From a virus: DNA of 64,000 nucleotides. Of the stretch, positions 37,751 to 47,207 are shown one piece after another; within the stretch, counting starts at the first letter, position 1, and each line of letters opens with the position of its first letter. Below the pieces are notes generated by a model. It ran no database searches. It saw only the letters and a list, made by a program, of their open reading frames with translations, and had not been told where the DNA came from. Location: positions 16,517-80,516 of IMG/VR virus record IMGVR_UViG_3300044858_001565; one strand, written 5' to 3'. Position numbers and translations under genes: made by a program.

Positions 37751-38457
37751 CGTGGATCTCGCGTGTGAATAAGGAACTGATGCTCTTCTCCATTTTCTCC
37801 GTGCTGAACTCCCCATTGCGTGGGATCTGGCATCATAGTAATGGAATGCTTCTTTGTCAATAGACTCCATATAGATTGATCGTGACGATGATCCACGAAT
37901 CCTAGTTCAATCCATCCGTCCTCATTCGGACCATCCATTATTAGTTTGGGATTGCAGCAGAGAGACAGATATTCATTTGCAATGAATCTAGCAAAATCCG
38001 TTCCTCTGAAACACATGAAACTAGCCATCCTCTGGGGTGTATCAGTGTACTCTGGCGTTACTGCATCCATGTAAGTAAATACATCTCTTTTAGTATAGTA
38101 CTTTTCTAGATGCTTTCCTGCAAGATTAAAAGAAATAACACCTCTTGCATCCAAATGAACTTCATTAAACACAGGCTCCATTCTACGAACAAACACAGAA
38201 CCAGAATCGGAGTAAAAAAGAACATCATCTGGTGTTAATGTTGACAGTATTTTTGTTATGAAGTATGGTTTCCACAACCAATACCCAACTCCTCTTTTCT
38301 GTGACAGTATGTTGTTGTTTGTCTTCATAAAATCGGAGTCTATATCAGAACGACCCATGTTGTAGACAACATTAAATCCCGATGCCAATCCAGTTTGGCT
38401 GTTCAACAACTGCGAGTGTAAAAACTTTCCATCAGCGTAGTTTAATAGAACCTTCAT
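37747..38457 (-). CDS. Putative glycosyltransferase
   Basis: RGVGYWLWKPYFI, LFYSDSG, HRHDQSIWSLL; located in glycan cassette. Confidence 0.65.
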   Translation of the reverse strand: MKVLLNYADGKFLHSQLLNSQTGLASGFNVVYNMGRSDIDSDFMKTNNNILSQKRGVGYWLWKPYFITKILSTLTPDDVLFYSDSGSVFVRRMEPVFNEVHLDARGVISFNLAGKHLEKYYTKRDVFTYMDAVTPEYTDTPQRMASFMCFRGTDFARFIANEYLSLCCNPKLIMDGPNEDGWIELGFVDHRHDQSIWSLLTKKHSITMMPDPTQWGVQHGENGEEHQFLIHTRDPR

Positions 38458-39092
38458 TGCTGCTCCTGTGGGACAAGCGATTCGGTGGTCTTTGAATTGT
38501 AAATGTAACCATGAAGGGATTCTGGAATGTGATACTCCGTCTGCACCTTTGGATACAACCGCATGAGCCAGTCAATATCTTCACTAGACTGACCATTTGA
38601 TCCATATACTGGATTGAATGCCTCGCTGACCGCGATCTCACGCCGCCACACACACATATGGTACGGCGGACGCTTGATGTCACCAAGGAATCCCTCCTCG
38701 TCGCGCCACAACTGCCCATGCGGATTACCGATGCCAAACTCCACATCCATCGGCTCACCGTCAAGGCTGCACCACTGGTTGAATGTAATGCAGTCCACAT
38801 CGTTCTCGTCAATAGCAGTCAGTATCTTGCTCATATAATCCATGCTGACCGCATCATCATCATCCAAGAAAGCAATATACTTGCCCCGTGCCATCTGCAA
38901 AAGATCATTGCGCTTCTCGGAAATGCTCTTGGACTTGTTGTCAAGCAGAACAAGAATCTCAACAGACTTGCCCTGCCCCGTGGCATCGACTTGTTCCTGT
39001 AGATGCGTGACCGCCGCCTTCAGCGATTCAAATCGGGACGGGATGGACAGAATCAGAATGCTGAACTTGATTTCACTTGCTGGTACCGGCAT
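38454..39092 (-). CDS. GT2 glycosyltransferase
   Basis: FSILILSIPSR, SISEKRNDLL..ARGKYIAFLDDDD, SSEDIDW. Confidence 0.88.
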   Translation of the reverse strand: MPVPASEIKFSILILSIPSRFESLKAAVTHLQEQVDATGQGKSVEILVLLDNKSKSISEKRNDLLQMARGKYIAFLDDDDAVSMDYMSKILTAIDENDVDCITFNQWCSLDGEPMDVEFGIGNPHGQLWRDEEGFLGDIKRPPYHMCVWRREIAVSEAFNPVYGSNGQSSEDIDWLMRLYPKVQTEYHIPESLHGYIYNSKTTESLVPQEQQ

Positions 39093-39777
39093 AGAACATC
39101 TTCTCCATGTCAAATTTATTGGCTGCACGACGCTTGAAGGTTTCACCGTCGATTCCGTACATTTCCTTATTTTCATTCCGTGCATGGAGCGTATCCCACG
39201 GTTCTCCGCTCCACTGATGCTGAATGATGCACAGATCACACCGCCGCAACTTGCCCAACGCCATGCACACCTGCGTCTGCTCATTGTCGCAGTACAGGGA
39301 CTTGTATTCAGGATTGTAAATGTATCCAAACCGCTTGTATAAGGGGAATCCCATGACCGTGAGGGTCATCAGGGGGTCTTCCTTTGGACGCAATCCGTCC
39401 CAGAACTTGATGGCACCATCGTAATCGGGAAAAGCCTGTGCGTACACCTGACTGATGATCTCGTCGTATCCCATGTGGACTGGCACCATATCGTCCGATG
39501 CCAGCATCAGAACATCGCCGTCCACTCCCTCTAGATTGGCGTTGCAAGCCTCAATCTTCGTCTTGGAGTGCCCGTAAAAGCACTCTATTTGGGCACAGCG
39601 GGCACGGGTGGCAATCCACTGCTGCATGGCATCGTTGTTCATGGTTGCGTCATCCTCGTCCATAGTGAGGATGAACCGCACATCATGCCGACCACTGAGG
39701 AATGTCAGGTATCGGGTGAATACGGCTTTGAACTTGTCCGGACGATTACGGGTGGGGAACTTTATCACTAGTCTCAT
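39073..39777 (-). CDS. GT2-like glycosyltransferase
   Basis: IKFPTRNRP, KIEACN, LASDDMVP, YKSLYCDNE, IQHQW. Confidence 0.8.
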   Translation of the reverse strand: MRLVIKFPTRNRPDKFKAVFTRYLTFLSGRHDVRFILTMDEDDATMNNDAMQQWIATRARCAQIECFYGHSKTKIEACNANLEGVDGDVLMLASDDMVPVHMGYDEIISQVYAQAFPDYDGAIKFWDGLRPKEDPLMTLTVMGFPLYKRFGYIYNPEYKSLYCDNEQTQVCMALGKLRRCDLCIIQHQWSGEPWDTLHARNENKEMYGIDGETFKRRAANKFDMEKMFYAGTSK

Positions 39778-39792
39778 TATGAATCTCCATTT

Positions 39793-40230
39793 TCACTCTT
39801 CGGGTTTAATGTTCTTCTTGGAACGCCCTATGTGGTATTTAGGACACAATTCCCACTCGCCCTTCTCCTTGTACGGGAGAATCTTTATTTTGTTCAGCGG
39901 GACTCGCTCTTCAGCCTTTTTCTTGTCAACAATCTTGACAAGCCCCCACTCTTCCAGCAGACACGCAATGGTATTTCTCCGTCCAATGTCTTCGGAATTT
40001 ATGGATGTGGGTAGATCATCCAGAGCAAACATCTCCTTGAAGTGGACAATGTAGTATTTGCCCTTCTTGTGGAGAATGTGGCAGGACTGCCACAGTTTCT
40101 TTTCAGTACGGGACGAAACGCCAATTCGGGTAAGCGTTTCACGGACTTTCAAAAAGTCATCAGGCTTTTGTAGGGTGACCTCTAGAAGATCGGTTGCTTC
40201 AAGGTCGATATAGCGTTCGTCTTGTTCCAT
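39793..40230 (-). CDS. regA: Translational repressor RegA
   Basis: PDDFLKVRETLTRIGV, QSCHILHKKGKYYIVHFKE, WELCPKYHIG. Confidence 0.96.
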   Translation of the reverse strand: MEQDERYIDLEATDLLEVTLQKPDDFLKVRETLTRIGVSSRTEKKLWQSCHILHKKGKYYIVHFKEMFALDDLPTSINSEDIGRRNTIACLLEEWGLVKIVDKKKAEERVPLNKIKILPYKEKGEWELCPKYHIGRSKKNIKPEE

Positions 40231-40268
40231 GTTCTGTTCACTCCGTTAATTCTGAACTGACACGGAAC

Positions 40269-40275
40269 TATTTAG
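40269..40275 (-). promoter_or_regulatory. Late-type promoter CTAAATA upstream of regA
   Basis: TATTTAG on + strand in the gp62-regA gap. Confidence 0.55.
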
Positions 40276-40279
40276 AAAT

Positions 40280-40663
40280 CTATCGCTTTCCACCCTTGCT
40301 CACTAGAGCCACAATATCAGAAACTACATCCTCTGTCAGAACGGTGAGGGCTTCCCGTGCCTTTCGGCTAGAGATGCCGTAATACTCCACCAGAGCCGCC
40401 ACACGCTCGTCCTCCTCCCGCTTCAGCCACTTGGAGAACCGCTTGCGTGGACGGACTGCACCCCGCAGAAAGTCAAAGTGCATTTTTGAATCCATCACGG
40501 GACGAATATTTACTTCGTTGGCAGCAAACAGGGTATCGGGAAAATACGAAAGGCACCGTGCCACCACGAACGGGGGATACGAGTGCTTTGCGTAAACCTC
40601 ACTCTCGTCCATGAGGGGTTCCTTGTTCACATTGATGGCATTCAAATAATCAGACAGATTCAC
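40280..40663 (-). CDS. gp62: Clamp loader small subunit (gp62)
   Basis: DYLNAIN..K, YPPFVVARCLSYFPD, RPRKRFSKW, YYGIS..KAREAL. Confidence 0.93.
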   Translation of the reverse strand: MNLSDYLNAINVNKEPLMDESEVYAKHSYPPFVVARCLSYFPDTLFAANEVNIRPVMDSKMHFDFLRGAVRPRKRFSKWLKREEDERVAALVEYYGISSRKAREALTVLTEDVVSDIVALVSKGGKR

Positions 40664-41613
40664 TTGAACTTTACCTCCATCATCAACTGAACCAGACACG
40701 CGGTGGTATTGATCTCCGCATCAGCCGCAAACGCAGCCTTATACTGATAGTCCGAAAGGATCAGGATGGCAGGAGGAATGGATGCGGGTTCGGCATATTC
40801 ATACAGGCTGTCGTAGATGGATCGGTAGATACGGGTCTGATCGTTGTCTAGGTTCTCCACCACCCACTTGCGGACTGCCGTAAAGTCCTTTGCCTTCATG
40901 GACTTCATCAGGGACTTCACCTGAACATCGCCCATTGTCTGTAGAATACCCACATCAATCTTGCCGTTCACCGAATACCGCTGCAACTCGTTCAGAGTCC
41001 TGCGGAAGTCAGGGAAGTGCTTGCTGATAAGTTGGGCAACCACCTTCTGATCGTATTCCACTCCCTCTTCCCCAAGAATCTCCTCCGCTCGCTTCAGGAA
41101 CTTTACTGCGAGTTGAGCCTTCTCTTTCGTGGGAATTCTGAAATCAATGGGTGTGCATCGGGAGTGCAGCGGCTCAATGATCCGATTCTTGAAATTGCAG
41201 GTCAGAATGAATCGGCAGTTGTTCGCAAACTCCTCAATGAAACCGCGAAGGGCAGGTTGAGTGGACTGTGCGTTTGAGTAGTCAAACTCGTCCAGTATCA
41301 CCACTTTCCTTACTCCATCCATGAGAGACACGGTGGATGCAAAGTTTCGGATGCGAGTCCGCAGCGTATCAATGTTGCCATCCTCGGAGCAGTTCACCAC
41401 AATATGGTCGCAATCAAGATCATTGCACAATGCTCGGGCAACAGAGGTCTTTCCACAGCCAGCGCCCCCACTCAGGAGCAGATTCTGTGGTTCGCCGCGC
41501 TCTACCATCTGCATGAAAAGATCATGCGTTTCCTGTGGCAGGATACAGTCGCCCACACTGCGTGGACGATACTTCTCAACCCAAAGACCCTTCACGGTTT
41601 CAGTTGTAGTCAC
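40660..41613 (-). CDS. gp44: Clamp loader ATPase subunit (gp44)
   Basis: WVEKYRP, GGAGCGKT, ILDEFD, PLHSRC, FPDFRR. Confidence 0.96.
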   Translation of the reverse strand: MTTTETVKGLWVEKYRPRSVGDCILPQETHDLFMQMVERGEPQNLLLSGGAGCGKTSVARALCNDLDCDHIVVNCSEDGNIDTLRTRIRNFASTVSLMDGVRKVVILDEFDYSNAQSTQPALRGFIEEFANNCRFILTCNFKNRIIEPLHSRCTPIDFRIPTKEKAQLAVKFLKRAEEILGEEGVEYDQKVVAQLISKHFPDFRRTLNELQRYSVNGKIDVGILQTMGDVQVKSLMKSMKAKDFTAVRKWVVENLDNDQTRIYRSIYDSLYEYAEPASIPPAILILSDYQYKAAFAADAEINTTACLVQLMMEVKFK

Positions 41614-41615
41614 GA

Positions 41616-42314
41616 TCAAGCCTCGTAAGTGGAATCGGCGTTCAGAGCAATCCAATAGGTAATAGGTTCATTCTTGTTGGAGAAGCACGACACAACCTTC
41701 TCCGAAATCTCAACGGTGTAGTCGCCGGGAATCATCTTCAAGTTGTCCACATCAAAGATGAATTCAAACTTCGCACCAGAGGTGTTTTCTCCCACATCCA
41801 CACAGAACGAATTGGAAGTCCTGTCGCTCTTGTCAGACACCGCCAGTTCAATCCGCGAACCGTCTTCCGATGAACGCACAATCATGTGCATCACCTGAAG
41901 CACGGATGCTGCCTTCAGAACTTCGGCAAACTCCTTCCCGTCAAGATCAAACTTAACGACAGCCTTCGGCATATTGATCCGCTTGTTGGTTGACACCACA
42001 AGAGTGGGATCGCAATACCAATACTTCACACTAGCCTTGCCGCTCTTGATGAGGATGTAGTTGTCCTCAAACACAAACTCTGGATCCTTGAACAGACTGA
42101 CCGTTCCAAGAAACTTGTTCAACTCGTAGATGGAAAACTTCTTCGGGAAGGTTTCGGTCACACGAGCCTCTGCCACGATGCTCTTGCCTGATTCAACGGT
42201 GTTCAGCACATTGCCTTCGTTCACCGTGATGCCAGAATTGATGGCAGAGAAGTTCTTCAGAATGTCAAGAGTCTTCTTTGAAATGGTAATTGTATTAGTC
42301 TTCGTAGTCGTCAT
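41616..42314 (-). CDS. gp45: Sliding clamp (gp45)
   Basis: TLDILKNFSAIN, IYELNKFL, NLKMIPGDYTV, YWIAL. Confidence 0.94.
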   Translation of the reverse strand: MTTTKTNTITISKKTLDILKNFSAINSGITVNEGNVLNTVESGKSIVAEARVTETFPKKFSIYELNKFLGTVSLFKDPEFVFEDNYILIKSGKASVKYWYCDPTLVVSTNKRINMPKAVVKFDLDGKEFAEVLKAASVLQVMHMIVRSSEDGSRIELAVSDKSDRTSNSFCVDVGENTSGAKFEFIFDVDNLKMIPGDYTVEISEKVVSCFSNKNEPITYWIALNADSTYEA

Positions 42315-42471
42315 AATCAAAATCTCGCTTTCCTGCGTTGTAGTCTTCCACATATCGCTTCAGGTGTTCTTTTCCATCGTGACGGCGGCGGCTCTTGTGC
42401 TTGCGATCAGCACTCTTTCGCGCCTTCTTTGCGGCAGGGTCACGGCTGTCGTAGTCAAAACGGTCTTCCAT
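42295..42471 (-). CDS. Small highly charged protein (58 aa)
   Basis: Not in track: MEDRFDYDSRDPAAKKARKSADRKHKSRRRH...DFDYDDYED; TAATG-coupled to rnh. Confidence 0.55.
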   Translation of the reverse strand: MEDRFDYDSRDPAAKKARKSADRKHKSRRRHDGKEHLKRYVEDYNAGKRDFDYDDYED

Positions 42472-43319
42472 TAGAAATCCTGGATGTCTCCAATAAGGTT
42501 GCGTAGCCCCTTCTCTATCATGTAGGGAAGAATCTTGCTGCGGGAAGGGGAAAAAGGTTTATTCCATTCGGCTTCAATTTTTTCTTCATAGTCCGTTGGA
42601 ATACGCAACAAGTCAATTAGTTTAGCGTTTCTGTCCCAATTTGCTGCGTACTTTTCAGGAACCTTTCCTGTTGCCGCAAGATGGTCAAGAATCTCTTCAA
42701 TCCGCTTCTTTGTCACGGGCTTCTGCCGCTTGTCCTCTGCCATGAAGCAGTCATCATCCGAAAGAATGTTCGGCACTCCATCCGACGAATCGCCCTTGAT
42801 GATGTGTTCAAGAAGGAACTGCTTCGGGTTTTCCACCGTCACGAACTTCTTCAGCATGGGCGAGTATTGTGCCACATTGGGGTGCAACTGCAACTGACCG
42901 AAATCCTTGTCACCGCTGAGGATCAAAACCTTTTCGCGCTGGCAATATCGCTTTGCAAGGAAAGCAATCACATCATCGGCTTCGCAGCCCTGAACATGAA
43001 CGCACCGATACGGAAAGTTTGCGGCAACCTCTTCTCGGATGATATTGATGATGTCATAGAACCGCTGCCACTGCTCTTCGTTTTCCTTCCGCTCGGCACG
43101 ACGCTTGGCTTTGTATAGAGGGAAGAACTGCCGCCTCCATGACGCTCCACCGTCCTCGCAAATCACAAGTTCTCCGTATTCGCGGAAGAACTTCTTGCGA
43201 TAGGTTCGATAGGTGTTCAGCACCATGTGCCGCACTAGGTCTTCGTTCACCCCATCCAAGTTTCGCTGCTGTGCGAAAATGGATGCCATTATCACTTGTG
43301 TATTGTCAACGAGAATCAT
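42471..43319 (-). CDS. rnh: T4-type RNase H (5'-3' exonuclease)
   Basis: MILVD, WRRQFFPLYKAKR, EADDVIA, SGDKDFGQL, IKGDSSDGVPN. Confidence 0.94.
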   Translation of the reverse strand: MILVDNTQVIMASIFAQQRNLDGVNEDLVRHMVLNTYRTYRKKFFREYGELVICEDGGASWRRQFFPLYKAKRRAERKENEEQWQRFYDIINIIREEVAANFPYRCVHVQGCEADDVIAFLAKRYCQREKVLILSGDKDFGQLQLHPNVAQYSPMLKKFVTVENPKQFLLEHIIKGDSSDGVPNILSDDDCFMAEDKRQKPVTKKRIEEILDHLAATGKVPEKYAANWDRNAKLIDLLRIPTDYEEKIEAEWNKPFSPSRSKILPYMIEKGLRNLIGDIQDF

Positions 43320-44431
43320 TAGTTTACCTGTAGCAGCAAGCAGTGCTTGTTGATCCGTCCTGTTGGTTCGGAGTTCTTGGTCTTCACGCCGCTGAGGTAA
43401 CGAACCGCAGAGGCAAAAGTCTTTCGGCAACCATCAGCATTCTTCAGGAATTCATCAGGCTTCCGCACAGTCTTTTCAAAAGACTTTGCAGGATCAAATC
43501 CCGTCAAGGTGGAACCCTTGACTCCCAAACCGCTCTTGGGTTCAGAAGCCACGAATACCGTTGCCTTGTTGGTGTTGGTGTTGAACACGATGAGTCCTTG
43601 TGCCCCGATGATAGCCTCTGGCTTCGCAGAGTCAACCCCAAACTGCTCGTTTCTGACGCAGTAGTTCAACTTTTTGATTTGAGATTCCGCACTCTTGGCT
43701 TTACGCTTTCGGGGCTTTCGTGAAGCCTTCAGGACTCCTAGCCTGTCGTTCAGCACCGAAACCGCTGAATTCAAATTATCAACCATGTGCTTCAGGCTTG
43801 TCTTTTTGAAATGGGAGTAGCCCTCGCGCAGATCAGGATCAGTGCCGTCCCGTGCAGCGGCTACCTCGTCAAGCAGAGACTGAATGCGATCACGCACAAT
43901 AAGCGCAAGTGGACGGTTCAGATCACTCCGATCAATCCACTCCTTCAGGGAATTGTCTACCTTCTTGCCCCCTTGGACAGAAGCCACCACGCGATCAATA
44001 ACAGGCTCAAGATCACAAAGAACGGCATCAGCCTTCGCAGCGATACGGTCTTGGACGGTGGGACGGGTTTCTGCGGGAGCGTTGGAACGAGCATTGTCTA
44101 GTAATTCTCCAAGGTGCTTTGCGATCAGTGACTGAAACTTCTCTCCGAGAGGGAAGCCCCGAACAGCCATGCGGCAGTAGGGAGCAACAAATCGGAAATT
44201 GCTCTTGTCTGCGCGACCGCAAATTTCGGAATCTTCGGTTCGTCCAACAGACTGTAGATATTCCCGAACCCAAGACTTGGCTGTGGGTAGACGGTAGTTC
44301 TGTCTGTACCAGTACAGTGCTTTTTCAATTGCGAGATCAAGTTCATCTGCCTTGGTCTGCGGGTCGTATTGAGGCTCTGCTCCACCCGCAAGGATGCGCT
44401 GTGCCCGTTCTTTTGAAAGTTTCCGACTCAT
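43319..44431 (-). CDS. Conserved T4-like hypothetical protein
   Basis: LREGYSH, RKPRKRK, IIGAQGLIVFNT, VKGSTL, KTVRKP, GRIN motifs. Confidence 0.7.
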   Translation of the reverse strand: MSRKLSKERAQRILAGGAEPQYDPQTKADELDLAIEKALYWYRQNYRLPTAKSWVREYLQSVGRTEDSEICGRADKSNFRFVAPYCRMAVRGFPLGEKFQSLIAKHLGELLDNARSNAPAETRPTVQDRIAAKADAVLCDLEPVIDRVVASVQGGKKVDNSLKEWIDRSDLNRPLALIVRDRIQSLLDEVAAARDGTDPDLREGYSHFKKTSLKHMVDNLNSAVSVLNDRLGVLKASRKPRKRKAKSAESQIKKLNYCVRNEQFGVDSAKPEAIIGAQGLIVFNTNTNKATVFVASEPKSGLGVKGSTLTGFDPAKSFEKTVRKPDEFLKNADGCRKTFASAVRYLSGVKTKNSEPTGRINKHCLLLQVN

Positions 44432-44433
44432 GG

Positions 44434-46146
44434 TTAGCATAGTTTGCTGAAGTTGTTGACCTTCTTGTAGGTCAGGATGTTCTGGAACTTATCTAGCAAT
44501 TGGTCAGACTTGTGGGAGATCACGAAGATGTTGTTGGAACCGCCCATGCTCTGGAGAATCTTGATGACTTCCTCAGTACCCACGGCATCCAAAGAAGAAT
44601 CAAATACCTCGTCCAAGATGAGGAGATTGGTGTTGGCACAGTTCTTCATTCTAGCAATGTCTCGCCACGCAAGCAAGAGGGAAAGATCAATACGCAATTT
44701 TTCACCCTCACTGAAATTTTCATACGAAAATTCATCGCGGTGGCGGCTCTTGATTATTTCAACAAAGTCCTCGTTCAGGGTGAACTGAGCAAAAAAGTCC
44801 ATTGAAATCAAATACTTGTTGATGATTTTGTTTAGTGCGGGGATATATTTACGAATGATCTTGCGCTTGATGCCGCTGTCCTTCAGCAGCACCGTGGCAA
44901 TTTCCATTGTGTGGAGATCCTGCACCAACTCCTTTTTCTGTGCTTCCGCTTCCTCTTCCTGTGCTTGCAGATCGGTCATGGCATCCCGCTCTGTCTGTAG
45001 GGAAGCCTTTTCGCTGCGAACCTTTTCGGCAAGTTCCTGCAACTGCTTCAGATATTTCTTGGATGAGGCAATAGCCGAATCGGTCTTGTGTGACTCCTGC
45101 CGCTTGTCTTCCATCTGCTTTACCACCACATTTGCAATATCCAATTTCGTCCGAGCGTCCTCAAGCATCTGATTCATCTTCTGTAGAGCAAGAGCCAGTT
45201 CGGTTTCGCGTGACTCCTTCTTTCCGATCATCTCCTGACGGAACTCTTCGGACAGATCGTGCTTGCACACGGGGCACTCTTCGTTCTGCTCGTAGAACGC
45301 TCGTTCTTCCTGAGCCTTCTTTGCGTTGCCCTGCATCTGCTTGCGTAGCGCAGTCATCTGTGAAATGGAGTCACGCTGCTTGTCCACGGACGCAACGCTT
45401 TCCGCGAGAGCGGCAATCTCGCTTTGCAGGGTAGCCTTCCGTTCAAGCAGGGCTTGCAGGGCTTCCTGCTCCTCCGTAGCGGACTTCTTGTAGGACTCCA
45501 ACTGCGTATCGGACTTCTCTTCAATCTTCTTGATGAGATCCGCCTTATGCTCAGTCTTCATCCGTATTGTGGTGATTTCGGTTTCCACTCCACGCAATTC
45601 TTCCTTTGAGGAAGTCAAGCGAGACTTCAAGGCTTCGTTCATCTTGGAGAACACATCAATATCCAACAGGTTTTCCACGATGTTGCGGCGATCCGCAGCA
45701 GGGAGCCGCATAAACGGCACATAATTCGTGGAGCCAAGAATCACTACCTGACAGAATGTCTTGTAGTTCATCTTCAGGATTTGCCCCTCTAGAATGGCTT
45801 GGTAGTCCTTGGCATTGGCAGTCTGATCCACCGCCTTGCCGTCCTTCTCAATAAGAAAGACCTTTGGTGCCTGACCGCGTGTCACCTTGTATTTGCTGCC
45901 GTTGCTAGTGAATTCAATCTCCACCACACAGTCCTTGCCGTTGATGGAGTTCACCAACTGGGGCAGATTGATGTTGCGGAATGGCTTGCCGTACAGCACG
46001 AATGTGAGCGCATCCAGCATCGTGGTCTTGCCTGCTCCGTTCTCGCCGCAGACAAGGGTGGTGGAGTGCTTGTCCAACTGGACTTCAGTGAACAGGTTTC
46101 CTGTACTGAGCAGGTTCTTCCATCGAATCTTGTTGAAGGTAATCAT
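44434..46146 (-). CDS. gp46: Recombination endonuclease ATPase subunit (gp46)
   Basis: GENGAGKTT, CPVC hook, FSEGEK, LILDEVFDSSLD, VISH. Confidence 0.96.
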   Translation of the reverse strand: MITFNKIRWKNLLSTGNLFTEVQLDKHSTTLVCGENGAGKTTMLDALTFVLYGKPFRNINLPQLVNSINGKDCVVEIEFTSNGSKYKVTRGQAPKVFLIEKDGKAVDQTANAKDYQAILEGQILKMNYKTFCQVVILGSTNYVPFMRLPAADRRNIVENLLDIDVFSKMNEALKSRLTSSKEELRGVETEITTIRMKTEHKADLIKKIEEKSDTQLESYKKSATEEQEALQALLERKATLQSEIAALAESVASVDKQRDSISQMTALRKQMQGNAKKAQEERAFYEQNEECPVCKHDLSEEFRQEMIGKKESRETELALALQKMNQMLEDARTKLDIANVVVKQMEDKRQESHKTDSAIASSKKYLKQLQELAEKVRSEKASLQTERDAMTDLQAQEEEAEAQKKELVQDLHTMEIATVLLKDSGIKRKIIRKYIPALNKIINKYLISMDFFAQFTLNEDFVEIIKSRHRDEFSYENFSEGEKLRIDLSLLLAWRDIARMKNCANTNLLILDEVFDSSLDAVGTEEVIKILQSMGGSNNIFVISHKSDQLLDKFQNILTYKKVNNFSKLC

Positions 46147-47207
46147 GGCTTGGCAGTCTCGTTTGCAATGCATTCCGCATACAGGTCACGAACAAGGGTC
46201 TTCAACCTGTTGGGATCAGAAATATTCTGAAGGGCTTCTATTTCCTTGTTGATGATGGAGATGGTGTCTTCTCCCAAATCCACTAGGTCGCTGTCCCCGT
46301 TTTGGTCGGGTTGCAGGTCTTCTATAATGGTCACGCCGTGGGGCGACGATGCGTATACCGAATCCACGAATTTCTCAAACAGATACGGCTTGGTCTTGTT
46401 CTCCACGATGATGCGGACAAACTTGCCCCGTGTGCGCTCATCTTCCACCGACAGGGGCACCGTATCGCTTGCTGCGGAGTCATCATAGCGGATCTGCGTG
46501 AAGATCGTATGGGGATTCTTCACGAACTCCAACTCGCGGGTTTCGGTGTCAAGAATATGAAATCCCTTCTTGTCGCCGTAATCGTTCATGGTGATCTGAT
46601 ACGGGCATCCCAAGTAGTGGATGTTTTCCCGCGAGTGTCGTGTGTGGAAGTGCCCCGTATACACGGCAGAATACCGGTCAAATATGTCGGATTTCATGCC
46701 GCCGTCAAACGGGGTGTTCCGCAGCACCTGAAATCCGTTCAATTCAAGGTGCCCACACAGGATGTCTGCCTCTGCTTCCTGCACAAACTTCAGAGACTCT
46801 GCTTCGTTTTCCCGATTGATCCACGGCAGCAGTGCAATAGGCAGACCGTCAAAATCCATAACCGTTGGCTTGTGATGCACCACGAACTTGTCCGAGAACA
46901 GTTCCTGTAGTGAGTTCACCTCGCTCTTGTTCTTGAAGAAGATATCGTGATTCCCGAGAATGCAGTGCATAGTGGCACCGCTCTCCTCCAACCGCTTCAA
47001 GAATCCGTTTCGCACCGCGTTCAGTGTCAGAAAGTTCACGAACTTGCGACGATCCAAGAAGTCTCCCAAATGGATAATGGTAGTGATTCCCTCCGCTTGA
47101 ATGCGCGGAAAGAACACGCGGTCAAAGAACCGCATGAAGTGTTCCATGAATATGGGGGAGTCGTTACGCGCACCAAAGTGCGTGTCCGTCACAAGGGCAA
47201 TCTTCAC
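46143..47207 (-). CDS. gp47: Recombination endonuclease nuclease subunit (gp47)
   Basis: TDTHFG, HLGDFLDRR, LGNHD, GHLEL, GHFH. Confidence 0.96.
   Translation of the reverse strand: MKIALVTDTHFGARNDSPIFMEHFMRFFDRVFFPRIQAEGITTIIHLGDFLDRRKFVNFLTLNAVRNGFLKRLEESGATMHCILGNHDIFFKNKSEVNSLQELFSDKFVVHHKPTVMDFDGLPIALLPWINRENEAESLKFVQEAEADILCGHLELNGFQVLRNTPFDGGMKSDIFDRYSAVYTGHFHTRHSRENIHYLGCPYQITMNDYGDKKGFHILDTETRELEFVKNPHTIFTQIRYDDSAASDTVPLSVEDERTRGKFVRIIVENKTKPYLFEKFVDSVYASSPHGVTIIEDLQPDQNGDSDLVDLGEDTISIINKEIEALQNISDPNRLKTLVRDLYAECIANETAKP

Noticed and set aside
31609-39777. Glycosyltransferases as T4-style DNA glucosylation
   Set aside because: No dCMP hydroxymethylase or agt/bgt-like gene in the window and the families look glycan- or protein-directed; not fully excluded because the rest of the genome is unseen
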